Positions 49,280 to 62,544 are shown, numbered from the stretch's first letter. The stretch: DNA of 64,000 nt from Chiloscyllium plagiosum (GCF_004010195.1 NC_057759.1:6923853-6987852); one strand, 5' to 3'. Program-made: numbers and translations. The notes: generated by a model not told the origin, from the sequence alone.

Positions 49280-50495
49280 ACTTTTCTTTGCGTTTATCAC
49301 CAGGAGAAGGGAAAGATATTGAATGATCATTTTGAGTTAGTTTTGCTATGGAGTAAGAAATAAAATCGAGAGAATACAGAGTAATAAACTCTGATGTTTC
49401 TAAAACAGTTCCCATTACAGAAGAGAATGTTCGGGATGTCTTAGAGAATACAAAGGTGGATAAATCTCCTGAACCTGATTCAATGTATGGCAGAGTGTTG
49501 TGGAAAATAAAGAGGTTAATTACAAGGTCTCTAGCAGAAATATTTGCACCATATATGACGATGGGTCAGGTGCCTGATGAATGGAGGGTGGCTCATGCTG
49601 TACCTTCGTTTAAGAAAATTTGTAAGCAGAAACTGGGAAACTCTAGACTTGTGAATCTGACTGCAGTTATCGGTAAATTGTTGGAGGCGATTCTAGAAGA
49701 AAGGATATGTGGTCATTTGGAGAGGCATCAATTGATTAGGGATCATCAGCATAGTTTTGTGTGAGAAAAAAATCATCACAAATTTGACTGAGTTTTCTGA
49801 AGAAGCTAACAAACAGACTGATGAGGACAGTGCTATTGATGTTGTTTATTTTCATGTCAGTAAGCCTTTGACAAGGTTCAGTATGGCAGAATAATTATCA
49901 ACGTTACATCACATAAGATTCAGGGTGAGCTTCCCAACTGGATACATAGTTATCTTTCTAACAGAAGATAGAGTGTCACGGTAGAAAGTTGCTTTTCAGA
50001 CTGGAGGCATGTCACCAGCGGCGTTCCACAAGGATCGGTTCCAAATCCTCTTTTGTTTATCATTTATATGAATGGTTTGGATGAGAATATAGAAGGAATG
50101 ATTAGCTTGTTTGCAGATGACAATAAAACCGGCGGCATAGTCGAAGTGAATAAGGTTTTCCAAGATTACAAACAAATCTTGAATAAATGGGTCAATGGGC
50201 TGAAAAGTAGCAGATATGGAGGACAGATTTACAGACTCGGAGGCACATTTTTACGGTGAGAGGAGAGAGTTTGAAAAAAGATGAAAGAGGCTACCTTTTC
50301 TCCACGGGTGGTTTTTTGACTCTGAGATGAATTTCCTAAGGAAGTAGTAGGAGTGGGTCAAATTATGTTTAAAAGACATTTGGATAGATACATTAATCGG
50401 AAATGGAGGGACTTGTTTAGTTTGGGATTATGTTCGGCATGGACTGGTTGGACCGAAGGGTGTATTTACATGCTGTAAGACTCTGTGACTTTATA
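49280..50495 (+). mobile_element. CR1-clade LINE RT fragment
   Basis: ORF 49456-49764 'DKSPEPD...VPDEWRVAHAVPSFKK...VNLTAVIGKLLE'; ORF 50053-50259 'SLFADDNK'. Confidence 0.9.
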
Positions 50496-50699
50496 CTGAG
50501 TATCGCTGGTGGAGGGAGTGGATATTTAGATGTGGTGCCAATCAAATAGGGACGGTCTTGTCCCTGGATTGCATGGAGCTTTTGGAGTATTGATGGATCT
50601 CCAGCAATTTAGGCCAATGGGGAGTACTCCATCACACTCCTCAGTTGTGCCTTTTCCATGGTGGACAGGCTTTTGGAGAGAATCAGGAGGTGAGTTACT

Positions 50700-50985
50700 T
50701 GCTGCAGTGCTGCTGCCTCATAGTGCCAGGACCCCAGCTTCGATACTCCCCCTCGGGCTACTGTCTGATGGAGTCTCCTTTGGGTGCTCCGGCTCCTTCC
50801 ACAATTCAAAGATGAGCAGGTTAGGTGAATTAGCCATGCTAAATTGCCCAAAGTGTTCAAAGATGTGTAATTTTGGTGCTTTAGTCCGGGGTAAGTATAG
50901 GGTAATCGGTTAGGGGAATGGGTGGGATACCTTCCGAAGGTTAGTGTGGACTTGTTGGCCCAAATGACCTAATTCCACATTATAC
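50700..50985 (+). mobile_element. HE1-type SINE (nested)
   Basis: 'ggttaggtgaattagccatgctaaattgccc' core and 'gtgtggacttgttgg' tail. Confidence 0.75.
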
Positions 50986-51799
50986 ATGATGATAATCCGT
51001 GCAGTTAAATCATCCAAACAGTAAATTAACTGATGTCTGTCAGTGATTGGCACTTTGAAAATCGAACCATACCAAGCTAATTGTTCTCATCACAGAAATA
51101 ATGCATCAAGTACATAGCCGCACTTGGATTATTGCATCCAATTCTAATCACATCATTTCGGGACGAATGCAGAAGCTCTGGAAAGGATCCAGAGGACATT
51201 TAGTAGGATGTTGCCTGGTATGGATGGAAGGTCTTATGAGGGCAGGCTAAGGGAGTGGAGGCTTCTTTCGTTAGAGGGAAGCAGGTTGAGAGATAACTTA
51301 ACTCAGACATATAAGTTAATCAGAGGGTTAGGTAGGGTGAACGGATGGAGATGGCTGGCACGAAGGGACATAGCTTTAAAGTGATGGGTGGAAGATGTAC
51401 GACAGATGTCACAGGTAGTTTCTTTACTCGGAGAGTAGTAGGAGAGTGGAACTCCCTGCTGCAACAGGAGCAAACTCGCCAACATTAAGTGCATTTAAAT
51501 AGTCATTGGATAAACATATTGATGAAAATGGAACTTTGTTGGATTGATGGGCTTCAGGTTGGTTCCACAGTTCAGCACTATATCAAGGGCTAATGTTGTA
51601 TATTCTATGCTCCACGTAATCCAGGATTAGATGCCACCAAAATTCAGCAAATTCAAACCTTTTTGTCTTGACTGCATCGTTTGATCATTAGCCAATTTGA
51701 ACTGGGCTATTGAGGTTGAACTGCGTTGCATTTATTGCAGTGAGAGTTCAAAATATACAATGATTGGATTAACCTTTCCGCTTCTATATCTTTCTTCAG

Positions 51800-52045
51800 G
51801 TTTTGGAAGTCCTGTGCTTTACATATACCCCTCAAGTAGGTTTGTAAAAGAAGGAGAGACTTTAAAATTGGAATGTGGGGAAGATAATGCAAGAGCTGTT
51901 TATTGGTACAAAAATGAAGAGCAATTCACTCAAACACAGAGCAATGTTTATGAAATACTCGCGAACAGTGAAACTGGCGGATCTTATTCCTGCAAAAGAC
52001 ATTACGAATTGTTCAAGAGTGCACCTGTTGTAATTGTCATCATTT
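51800..52045 (+). CDS. FCRL-like receptor, Ig domain 1 (C2-type)
   Basis: Acceptor 'ctttcttcag', donor GTAAGT at 52046, 246 nt, phase 1-1; GFGSPVLYIYP..VKEGETLKLEC..VYWYKN..GGSYSC..SAPVVIVI with canonical Cys-Trp-Cys. Confidence 0.9.
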
Positions 52046-52741
52046 GTAAGTGAACTTTTTAAAAAATTCCTTCACAGGACGAGGGTGTCACTGGCTAGGC
52101 CAGTATTTATTGCTCATCCCAGAGAGCAGGTAAGAGTCAGCCACTTAGCTGTGTAGTCCAGTTTGACTCTGATTTCCACTGAAACACTGCGTGCAAGTGG
52201 AGTGCGTATTGATGTAATGATTTTTCTGAGTTCCCAGATCACTTTCAACCAAACACGCATGTTTCAGCATGAATAAGTTACGTAAGGTTAGGTATCTGAA
52301 ATGGGAGTTGGTAATTTCAGATGAGGAGAGGTTGAGTAGGTTGGGCCTGCATACATTCGAGCTTAGAAGAATGAGAAGCCACTTATTGAATGTACTTAGA
52401 GGGACCTGACAAGGTGAGATGAGGAGACAGGCTGTTTCCCCTTACCTTGGAGAGTCTGGAACCAGACGGGCTTCGTCTCAGAATGAGAGGGCTGCACATT
52501 AAAGACAGAGAGGAGGAGGAATTTATTCTCTCGAAAGGCAGTAAATCTATGGAATTCATTACTGCAGAGGGCTTTCGATGTTGGGCCATTCACACCCATC
52601 ACCCTCAGTGTCAAGCAATTCTCTACGTCTCCTGCCTTTCATTTTAAACACCCCCCCACCCCTTGTTATTTCTCTTCAACTACAGGGAACACCTGCTCCC
52701 CATCTCCCACTGTCCTTATACTTCATAATCTTATGCATATC

Positions 52742-53030
52742 AGGTGGCATGGTGGCTTAGTGGTTAGCACTGTTGCCTCATAGCGTCAGAAATTCGGCTT
52801 TGATTCAATTGACAAGCGACTGAAAGTGTGGAGTTTGTACATTCTCCCTATGCCTGCGTGGGTTTCTTCTGGGTGCTCAGGTTTACTTTCCCAAGCCAAA
52901 ACCGTGCAGTTTAGGTGCATCAGTCTCGGGTAAATGTGGAGTTATAGGGGAATAGATTTTTACAGTTACTCTTCGGAGGGTCAGTATGGAATTGTTGGGC
53001 CGAAGGTCCTGTTTCCACACATTAGGGATT
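52742..53030 (+). mobile_element. HE1-type SINE
   Basis: 'ggtggcatggtggcttagtggttagcactg' head; 'ttgttgggccgaaggtcctgtttccacac' tail. Confidence 0.85.
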
Positions 53031-53326
53031 CTACGATACCCTCTCAGCCTTCTCTGCTTCAAAGAAAACAACCTGATCTTATCCAGACTCTCTTCATTGC
53101 TGCAATTTTCCCCATCCCAGGCAACATCCTGGTGAATCTCCTCTGCACGCCCTCCAGTGCAATCACATGCTTCCTATAGTTCAGAGGCTGGGACTATGCA
53201 CAGTGCTCCAGGTGAGGCCTCACCAAAGTCCTGTGCAGCTCCTACATCACCTCCTTTTGTTAGAACTGTATTTTGTTGTGTTTAAATCTCATTTGGTGTC
53301 CACCTTTTGTCGCATTTCTTTTGCAG

Positions 53327-53593
53327 TTTCCAAAGAAACTCTAAGTCTGGAAGCTAAGTGGCCACATGTTCTGAGGTACGAGAAGATTGTAATGAACTGC
53401 CGTACGCCATACCAGACCTGGTGGGGACAAAAGCATTTCCAGTGGTTTCGGAATAATGAGTTGATAAAAGAAACGGAAGATGATTCATTCACCATAGAAA
53501 GTGCAGAATATTCAGATGAAGCACCTTATCGATGTGAATTAACAATTTACTATAGAAAGTGGGTTTCGAACAATCTAACCATCACAGTATCAG
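53327..53593 (+). CDS. FCRL-like receptor, Ig domain 2
   Basis: Acceptor 'catttcttttgcag', donor CAG|gttggt, 267 nt, phase 1-1; ..IVMNC..FQWFRNN..FTIESAEYSDEAPYRC..SNNLTITVS. Confidence 0.9.
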
Positions 53594-53669
53594 GTTGGTC
53601 ATTCCATTGTTTAGTTAATGCCAGTGAATGATTTGATGATTATATGCTGCATCTGTGTAAGCTGCTTTT

Positions 53670-55880
53670 GACAGAACCCTCCCAGTGATGGATACTCGAG
53701 GATAGGAGCAGGATGCTTAATCACTGACCTTCCCTCCATCATAAGATCAAAAGTGGGGATGTTCACTGATGATTGCACAATGTTCAGCATCATTCTCCAC
53801 TCTTCCGATATTGATGCAGTCCGTGTTCAAATGAACAAAGTCTATATAATATCCAGAGTTGGTATGACGAGTGGCAAGTAACATCTGTGCCACACAAATG
53901 CCTAAAACGGTCATGAATAATAGTAGTCTCTCTAACCGTCACCCACTAGACATTCAATGATGTTGCCATTGTCAACATTCTAGGGTTTCCCACAGACCAG
54001 AAAAAAATATCAACTGGAATGAGCATATAAACACAGCAGCTCCAAGAGCAGGTCAGAGGCTGGGAATTCAACAGTAAATAACTTACTTCCTGACTCCTTG
54101 AAGCCTGTCGACCATCAACAAAGCACCAGTCAGGACTGTGATAGAGTACTTCCCACTTGCCTGGATGGATGCAGCTCCAACATGACTCGAGAAGCTCGAT
54201 ACTATCCAGGGACAAGGCCGCCTCCGCTTGATTGGTACAACAACCAATACCTCCACCTTCATTTCTCAGTAGGAGTAGTGTGTAAAATCGATACGATGCA
54301 CTGCAGAAAGTCACCAAAGATCCTCAAACAGAATTTCCCAAACTCAGACCACTTTCATCTATAAGCTCAAGAACAACAGATATATGGGAATACCACCCTT
54401 CAACAAGTAACAATCTGAGGCACTCACCATCCTGACGTAGAAATAATTCAGCCATTCCTTCAATGTCACTGAGCCGAAATCGTGGAAATCCCTCCCAAAC
54501 AGCTTTGAGGAATAACCTTCAGCTAATGGCTCGTAGTGGCTCAAAAAGATAGCTCACCACCAGCTTCTCGAGGAGGCAACTTGGGAGAGACAATAAAATA
54601 TTAGACAGCCAGAAACACCAATGGCCCATGAGTGAATGGAAAATGTTTTGCTGTAATTGTCCATGGTGCAACCACACCCTGGATTTTTGTGTGTGCTATA
54701 TGGATCCCCATATCTGACGAAGTATTGTTTTGTCTCATTAGCTTGATTGAATTTGTAAACTGAGTAACTAAAAAGAGTGATGAAAACAGAGTGTTTGACA
54801 TTGTTGATTTGGACTTCAGTGAAGGTTTCATGTGGTAGAACAATTAGAAACACTCTGTCACTTAGGATTCAGGGAGAGCTTGCCAGTTGGATACAGGTTC
54901 GTCTTCATGGTAGGCAACAGTACGTGATGATGGGATGCACGTAACCAGCGGTGTTCAATAGGGATCGGTGATGCGTCCACTTTATGTAAATGACTTGGAT
55001 GAGAAAAAAATGATGCATTTTTTGCACATTTGCAGATGTCACACAAACTGGTGGTAACATCGATAATGAAGAAGGTTATAAAGATTATGAAGACATCTTG
55101 ATCAATTGGGTCAATGGGCTAAGGAATGGCAGATGGCGTTTAATTTGGATAAATGTGAGTTATTGCATTTTGGTAATGCAAACAATGACAGAACTTGTGC
55201 AGTTCGGGGTAATGCCCTTGGTAGTGCTGCAGGGCATAGGGACCTAAAGTTTCAGGTACATAATTCTCTGAAGTAGGCCGGGTGTTTAAGAAGCACGCTT
55301 TGCTTCATTGCTCAGACTCTTAAGTATACGAGTTGGATGTTATGTTGAGGTCTTAAAGAGCATTGGAATGCGGTATGCAGTTCTGGAAGGACATTATTCA
55401 ACTGGATATTGTTCAGAAAATATTTTTCATAATGTTACTATGAATGGAAGGTTTGAGATCTAAAAATAGACTGAAAAGTCGGTGACTTTTTTCCACTGAA
55501 GTGTAGCAGGTTGAGTGGTGACTTTATTAAAGTTCATAAACAATGAGAGGCATAGATAAGGTAACTGACGAGGGTCTTTTTCACTCGGGTGAAGAAGTCC
55601 AAAACTAAGGGGCATATTTTTAACATGAAAGGTGAAGGATTTAAGAAGGACACGGGGGCAACTGAGAATAGTTCATGTGTGGATTGAACTGTTAGAGCAA
55701 GTAATTGATACATGTACAGGTAGATTTTCTTTTCAGAGAGATTTGGGTAAGTTCATGAATAGGGAAGGTTTGGAGGGATATGGCTCAAATGCAAGCAGGT
55801 GAGACAAGTTTAGTTAGGAAACATGGTTGGCATGGACTGGTTGGACTGAACAGTTTGTTCAGTGTAGTGTGTCTCTAGGA
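53670..55880 (+). mobile_element. L2-like 3' region (53670-54640) followed by a CR1-clade LINE 3' half (54740-55880)
   Basis: 'gttcactgatgattgcacaatg' (FADD-like) and CR1 3' motifs; same arrangement as 18983-21820. Confidence 0.8.
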
Positions 55881-56664
55881 CTGGACAGGGTTAATGCAGA
55901 AAGGATGTACCTGATGACTGGGGTGGCGTTTGCAGGAAAACACAGGGGAGTCCAGAACCAGGGGTTGACAGTCTAAATGAGACTGGATTAGACTGAGATG
56001 AGGAGAAATGCCTTTTGCAGAGATTTGTATCCTTGCCTTCTATGTCAACACATCAATTCCTATTATTATCCAAATAATTTATCTGCATCAACTATACTTT
56101 ATGATCGCTATTGCCGACTGAATGCTTGAATCTGAGGTGTGAGTATATCATATAATATCAGTAAGACCTGATACGGATATATCTTGTTGATCGTGCACGA
56201 TTGTGCTGCTATAATATCCTTTGTCCTTGCCTTTTACACTTACAACTTATTAAATATTCGTATCACTCCTCGTATTGTATCTGCCCATTTGCTTCTCTTC
56301 ATCTCCACTCACATTTGATGTCAGCTGAGAGAGAAGTATGTTCTAACAGGTATTACGTAACACACTAAGACCATTAAAGTGGCTGAATGACCTCCTGCTG
56401 TTCTGTTTTCTTATGGTCTTAAAGTAACTCCTCAGTTAAGGAGAACTAAGCTACAGCCAATACTCAGGTAAGTTAGAAATAAATCAACATAATCAATTTA
56501 TTTATTCAGACCGGATTGAAGAACATATCGGAGGTGGGTTGACGGAACTATTACTTGAAAATACATTTTGTAAAGACTGTGATAGTGAATATTTTCAGAG
56601 TACGTTCTAGTGTAACGACAGCCTGTGGTAAGCTGTAATGATGCAACTTTGCTTTCAATCTTAA

Positions 56665-56922
56665 ATGGAAATGTGACTTTCCATGTTGTCCCTGTTACAC
56701 CTTTGGAAGGAGAGTCAGTGGAACTGAAATATCGGCACATATATAATTATTGGTATGAAAGGGAATTTATCTTTTATAAAAATGGCAAGAATATTCATTC
56801 AGTGAAGTCCACAACACCCGAATATTCGTATCACATTAAAGTAAACAGAACTGAAGACAGTGGATGGTACAATTGCATCATTGACTGGGAAAAATCACGA
56901 GAAGTTTTGATTCAGGTTCAAG
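56665..56922 (+). pseudogene. FCRL-like receptor, Ig domain 3 exon, apparently defective (acceptor AA instead of AG; first Cys replaced by Tyr)
   Basis: Open frame (D)GNVTFHVVPVTPLEGESVELKY..FIFYKNG..EDSGWYNC..SREVLIQVQ with donor AAG|gtacgt; the pyrimidine tract ends 'tcttAA' at 56663-56664; TAT at 56730-56732 where TGT is expected. Confidence 0.7.
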
Positions 56923-56979
56923 GTACGTATCCAATTTTGCACAATGTGCACAAGACAGCCAATTCTTCCTAGATCTTAA

Positions 56980-58575
56980 GTAGTCAATGGAATGGATGTA
57001 ACAAAGTTTGCAGAAGACATGGAGCTTGTTGGGAAGATGAGTGATGAGGATGACATAACTGGCATACAATGTGGGAGAAATGTGAGATTTTGTGATCTGG
57101 CAGGAAGACTACAGGAACTGAATATATTTAAATTATGAAAGAACGTAGAAAGCTACAGAACTGATGGATTGGAGAGTCTCATTTGTGAAACAGAAAAACT
57201 GAGTGTCCAAGTTTTTGGTGTGTCATAGGGAAGGCAAATGGTTTTTATTTTGAAGACAATGGAGTTTAAAACTCAGGAGGTTATACTAACCCTCCACAAA
57301 GCAATTGTCAGACTGCAGAAGAACGTTATGATCAGTTTTTGGGAAACTTATCTCAAGAAAGATGGACTGGGCATTGGAGGCAGTTCAGAGAAGAATCAGT
57401 CAGCTGGTCCCGGGCATGGAGGGACTATCCTCACTGAAGTTTAAAAAATGAGAAGCAAACTTATTGAAGATTCTTAGATGGACTTGACAAAGGAGATGAG
57501 GAGAAAGGTCGTTTCCCCTGTCTGGGAGATTCTGCAATCAGAGAGGTATTGACATAGAATAATGGGGTGTCACTAATTGAAGATGGAGGTGAGGAGAAAT
57601 TCCTTCTCTCTGAGGGAAGTCATTTTGTGGAATTCTTTACCACAAAAGGCTATTGTGGCAGGGTTGTTAAGTACTTTCCAGGTTGAGTGAGAGAATTTTA
57701 TTTTAAATCAGAGTAATTATGGTGAATAAACGGCAACAAATTGGAGTTGAGGGTGATCGAATCAGACGTAATTTTTTTGAATTGGAGTGCAGACTCAATG
57801 GGCTGAATAGCCTACTTCTGTCGCTACATCTTATGCTCGTACAATCTATTAAAAGCAATCTGAGCCTCTTAGAATTAATTTAAAGCTTTCTTAAATAAGG
57901 TGACCAATGTGATACACAGTATTGTTGTTGGTCTTCACATGGTGCCACACATGATTGAAGTGATAATCCTGGAGGTAATTGATAACATTCCATTAGGTCG
58001 CTATTTGTACTGGTACATTCTCTGAACAGAGAGGTGAACGCAGGTTCACAGAGAAAAGGAGAGAGAGAATGGGACAAGATCCGATAGAAACTTTGGGGGA
58101 TAAAAGTTGGTATTTGGGTTGTTCCCATCCCAGGATTCCTCAGAAATATAAGAGGCTTGTGTTTAGGGCGAGGCTGAATTGGGTCTTAGGAGACTTAGGG
58201 GTAAATTTATAGATGTTTATAGAGTCATGAGCGGCAGAGATAAGGTGGATCACCAAAGTCTTTTCCCGAGAGTAGGGTATTCCAAAACTAGAGGGCATAG
58301 GTTTAAAGTGAGGGGGAAAATTGGAAAGGGATCTGAAGGGCAACTTTCTCACCCAGAAAGTGGTGTGTGCAAGGAATAAACTGCCAGAGAAAGTGTTGGA
58401 GGTTGGGACAATTGCAGCATTAAAGACTTTTGATCAGCACATGGACCGGAAGGGTTTAGAGGCACATGGACAAAATGCAGGCAAATGGGATTAGGTAATT
58501 TTAGGAAACTTGGTAGGCATGGACGGGTTGGGCTGAAGGGTCAGTTACCATACTCTGTGCTTGCATGATTCCATA
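56980..58575 (+). mobile_element. CR1-clade LINE fragments in the D3-D4 intron
   Basis: ORF 57238-57444 'MEFKTQEVILTLHKAIVR'; ORF 58179-58379 'RRLRGKFIDVYRVM..SLFPRVGYSKTRGHRFKV'. Confidence 0.8.
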
Positions 58576-58753
58576 ATTCAGGTGGCATTGAGACAGAATT
58601 TCAAATTTGCGAAGTAAGAGAAAGATAAAATTTTACCCTCTCCTCTGTCTTTAGTCAGAAAATGCTCACATTCTTTGCCCCGGACACTATTGTGCCTTTT
58701 ACTCTGTGAAAATAACAGTTGAATGACGATCCCGATTGTGTGTTACATTCCAG

Positions 58754-59035
58754 AACGCTTTGCCAAGCCCGTGCTGATGGTGGAACCGGCAGCTGAAGTA
58801 TTCGAGGGGCTCCATCTCACACTGACTTGCACTGTCCAGGCGGCACGGCCCTCCATCCGGCTTCACTACCTATTTTACAGAGGCAGTGACGTCCTGGAGG
58901 CTCCGCCTGATCATGGTAACGTGTACACCATCAACGCAGCGGCTACAGACGTTTCCGGAAATTACAGCTGTGAAGCAATCGAGATGTTTTTCAGTCTAAG
59001 GAAGAGGAGCGAAGGCATTCACATTTCCGTTAAAC
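58754..59035 (+). CDS. FCRL-like receptor, Ig domain 4
   Basis: Acceptor 'ttacattccag', donor AAC|gtaact, 282 nt, phase 1-1; ERFAKPVLMVEP..VFEGLHLTLTC..LHYLFYR..SGNYSCEA..KRSEGIHISVK, a pattern typical of FCRL membrane-proximal domains. Confidence 0.9.
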
Positions 59036-59811
59036 GTAACTATTTGTCGCTATCGCAGATTCTGCAGTGCAAATTAAAGACTCTTCAACCCATTCAGTCA
59101 GAAACCGCCACCTCACTATTGTCCAATCCCATGTCCCCAGTACATGGCCCCGGAGCCTTGGCATTGCGAGTGCACACCTAAATACTCTCCAATGTTATGA
59201 GCGTTTCTGGCTCTCCCATACTTACAGGAAGTGAGCTGCAGATCCCCTGAGTGAAAATGTTTTTCATCTTATTCCCTCTAAACTTCCAGCCCCTTAGCCT
59301 CAACCATTGTCCAACCCCTCTGTTTATTGATCTCATCAAGGGGAAATATTTATTACTGTCAACCCTGTTTATGCCCCCTCATTATTTTATATATCTTAAT
59401 CATGACTCCCACAGTCGTCTCAATCTACTCTACTCAAAGGTAAACAAACCCAGTCTTATACAATCCCTTTCCATCATTGAAACTCTCCTGCCTCTAAGGC
59501 AACATCCTGAAAAATCTCCCTCTGTCCCTCTCCCAGTGTTATCCCATCTCTCTTACAATGTGAAGTCCAGAACCGGGTACAATTCTCTCTCTGCAGTTGT
59601 AAATATTTATTCTAAATGTGATCGCGATTGTCACCAAATCTGATCTTGAGCTAACGCAATGCTAACTGCCTTGATTGGATTTGAAAGATTGTTAGAAGTC
59701 TCCCATACTGACCCATTCTCTGGATTTACTTGATCTCTTTCTGCTCACTGAGTTTTCCCAAGTCCAGGCACTCTGCAGAAACAAACACAAACATGTTCTT
59801 CTGCTTTCCAG

Positions 59812-60084
59812 AGACGTTCACCATCCCTAAGTTGACCGTGCATCCTGAGGGACAAGTGTTTGATGGCCAATGGGTTAAACTGGTTTGCTCAGTTGAAGCA
59901 AATATGTTCCAAGCTTCCTTGCAGTACAGCTTTTACAGAAATGGGGTCCCTCTCCAGTCTCCATCCGACCACAGCGATTACATCTCTGAGTCACCTCGTC
60001 CAGCAGACTCGGGTACTTACCATTGTGAAGTCACGGACGGGAAGGTGTGGAAATGCAGTAATCAGCTCCATTTGTCCATCAGAC
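59812..60084 (+). CDS. FCRL-like receptor, Ig domain 5
   Basis: Acceptor 'ttcttctgctttccag', donor GAC|gtgagt, 273 nt, phase 1-1; QTFTIPKLTVHP..VFDGQWVKLVC..LQYSFYRNG..ADSGTYHCEV..SNQLHLSIR. Confidence 0.9.
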
Positions 60085-60574
60085 GTGAGTACCATTTATG
60101 ATTGTTCGTTTCTTAGCAGTTAAAGGTTCATAACAGAGACAAATTCTCATCATTCTCCACATCTCACAGCCATACATTGGTGAGCTAGAGACAAACAGCA
60201 CAAAGTAATGGATGGGCCATTTAGGACTGAAATGAGGAGCAATGTCTTCACCCAGAGACTGGGGAGCCTGTGGGAATAGCTGGCCCAGAAAATTATGGAA
60301 ACAAATAAATGGCAACAGGCCATTTGGTTCTTCCGGCGTTTAGTGCCCATTGACAAGAATTGTGGCTGATTATCCAACTCAGTCTCCTGTCCCCTTCCTC
60401 TCTTCCTTTAGGCCCTGAAAACTCTATCCAACTCGTTCTTGAACAACATTTAATATATCAGCTCCGACCAATTTCTGTGGCAGAGAATTCCACCGGCTCA
60501 ACACTAATAATACATTAGCCTTAAAGGTGTGCACAGAAATGGTATATGGAGTTTAATCCTCACTAGTGAAAAGT

Positions 60575-62540
60575 GTAAAAATAGGTAAGTCCCCTGGACC
60601 GGATGGGATTTATCACAGGATTCTCTTGGAAGCCAGGGAGGAGATTGCCAAACCTTTGGCTTTGATCTTTATACCGTGATTGCCTACACAAATAGTACAG
60701 AAGACTGGAGGATAGGAGATGTTGCTCCCTTTTTCAAGAAGGGAATTAGGGACCACCCTAATTATAGGTGCATGAGCCTTACTTCAGTGGTGGGTAAAGT
60801 GTTGGAAATGTTTGTAAGAGATAGGGTTTAAAATCATCTGGAGATGAACAAGTCAACACGATTTTATTAAAGGTAGGTCGTGCCTCACGAACCTTTTTGA
60901 GTTCTTTGAGAATGTGACCAAATAGGTGGATGAGGGTAAAGTGGTTGATGTTGTGTATTTGGATTTCAGTAGGCGTTTTATAAGGTTCCCCATCCGAGGC
61001 TATTGCATAACATGCAACCATGGAATTGAGAGTGATTTAGCAGTTTGGATCGGAAATTGGCTAGCTGCAAGAAGACAGAGGGTGGTGGTTGACGGGAAAT
61101 ATTCATCCTGGAGTTCGGTTACTGTCGCGCACCACAGTGATCTGTTTTGGGGCCACTGCTGTTTGTCATCTGTACACATGACCTGGATGAGGACACAGAA
61201 GGATGAGTTAATAAATTTGCGCATGATGCTAAGGTTTGTAGAGTTGTGGATATTGACGAAGGGTGTTGTCGTTTACAGAGAGACAAACATGAGCTGCAGA
61301 GCTGGGCTGAGAGGTGGCAAGTGGAGTTAATGCAGAAAAGTGTGAGGTGATTCGTTTTTGAAGCAGTAACATGCATTTAGAGTACTGGGCTTACAGTATG
61401 ATTCTTGTTAGTGCAGGTGAGCACAGAGACCTCGGTATTCGTGTCCATAGATCCATGGAAGTTGCCACACAGGTTGGTAGGGTCGTTAAGAAGACACATG
61501 GTGTGTTAGATTTTATTGGTAGAGGGATTGAGTTTCGGAACCAAGAGGTCATGCTGCAACTGTACAAATCTCTGGTGCGTCCATATTTGGAGTATTGCAT
61601 GCAGTTCTAATCATCACATTCTCGGAAGGATGTGGAAACTTTGAAAAGGTTTCAGAGACGAATTACTAGGTTCTTGGAGGGAAGGTGTTATGAGGAAAGA
61701 CGGAGTGACCTGAGGTTGTGTTTGTCAGAGAGAAGAAGGTTGAGAGGCAACTTAATTGCGACATATAAGATAATGAGAGGGTTAGATAGATTAGACAGTG
61801 AGAACCTTTTTCCCTGGATGGCGATGGCTCACACGAGGGGACATAGATTTAAATTGAGGTGTGCTAGATATGGGGCAAATGTTTGAGGTAGTTTCGTTAC
61901 TCAGAGACTAGTAAGTGGAATGCACTGCCTGCAACAATAGTAGACTAGCCAACTTTAAGGGTAATTAAATGGTCATTGGATAGGCATTTGGGCGAGAATG
62001 TAATAGTGTAGGTTAGATGGGCTTCAGACTGATTCCACAGGTTGGTGTAACATTGAGGGCCAAAGGGCCTGTACTGCGCCGTAACGTGCTATGAAATTTG
62101 TTCGAGTGTAAGGTGATGCATTTTTGAGAAGTGAAATGTAACAGGACAGTATACAGTAAATGGCAGGATCCTTGGCAGCATTGATATACAGAGGGATCTT
62201 GGGGTGCAAGTCCATTGATCCCTGAAACTGGCAGCACAAATAGATAAGGTGGTTAAGAAGGCAGATGGCAGGTTTGCCGTCATCAGTCGGACAATGAATA
62301 TAATTTTGGCAAGTCATACCGCAGCTGAATAAGACTTTAGTTCCAACACATTTGGAGGATTGTTCCCTACACTATCGGAAAGATGTGGAGATTTTCGAGA
62401 GGGTGCAAAACAGGTTTACCTGAATGTTGCCTCGACTGGAGTATGTGAACTATGAGGAGATGTTGGACAAAAATGGGAGGTTTTCACGAGAACATTGCAG
62501 AGGATGAGGGGACCCAACTGGCATATGTCAAATTATGAGA
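60575..62540 (+). mobile_element. CR1-clade LINE RT plus 3' end, followed by a second CR1 fragment
   Basis: ORFs 60926-61330 'DVVYLDFS', 61371-61610 'MLQLYKSLVRPYLEYC', 61632-61886 'RRRLRGNLIATYKIMRG'. Confidence 0.9.
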
Positions 62541-62544
62541 AGAA

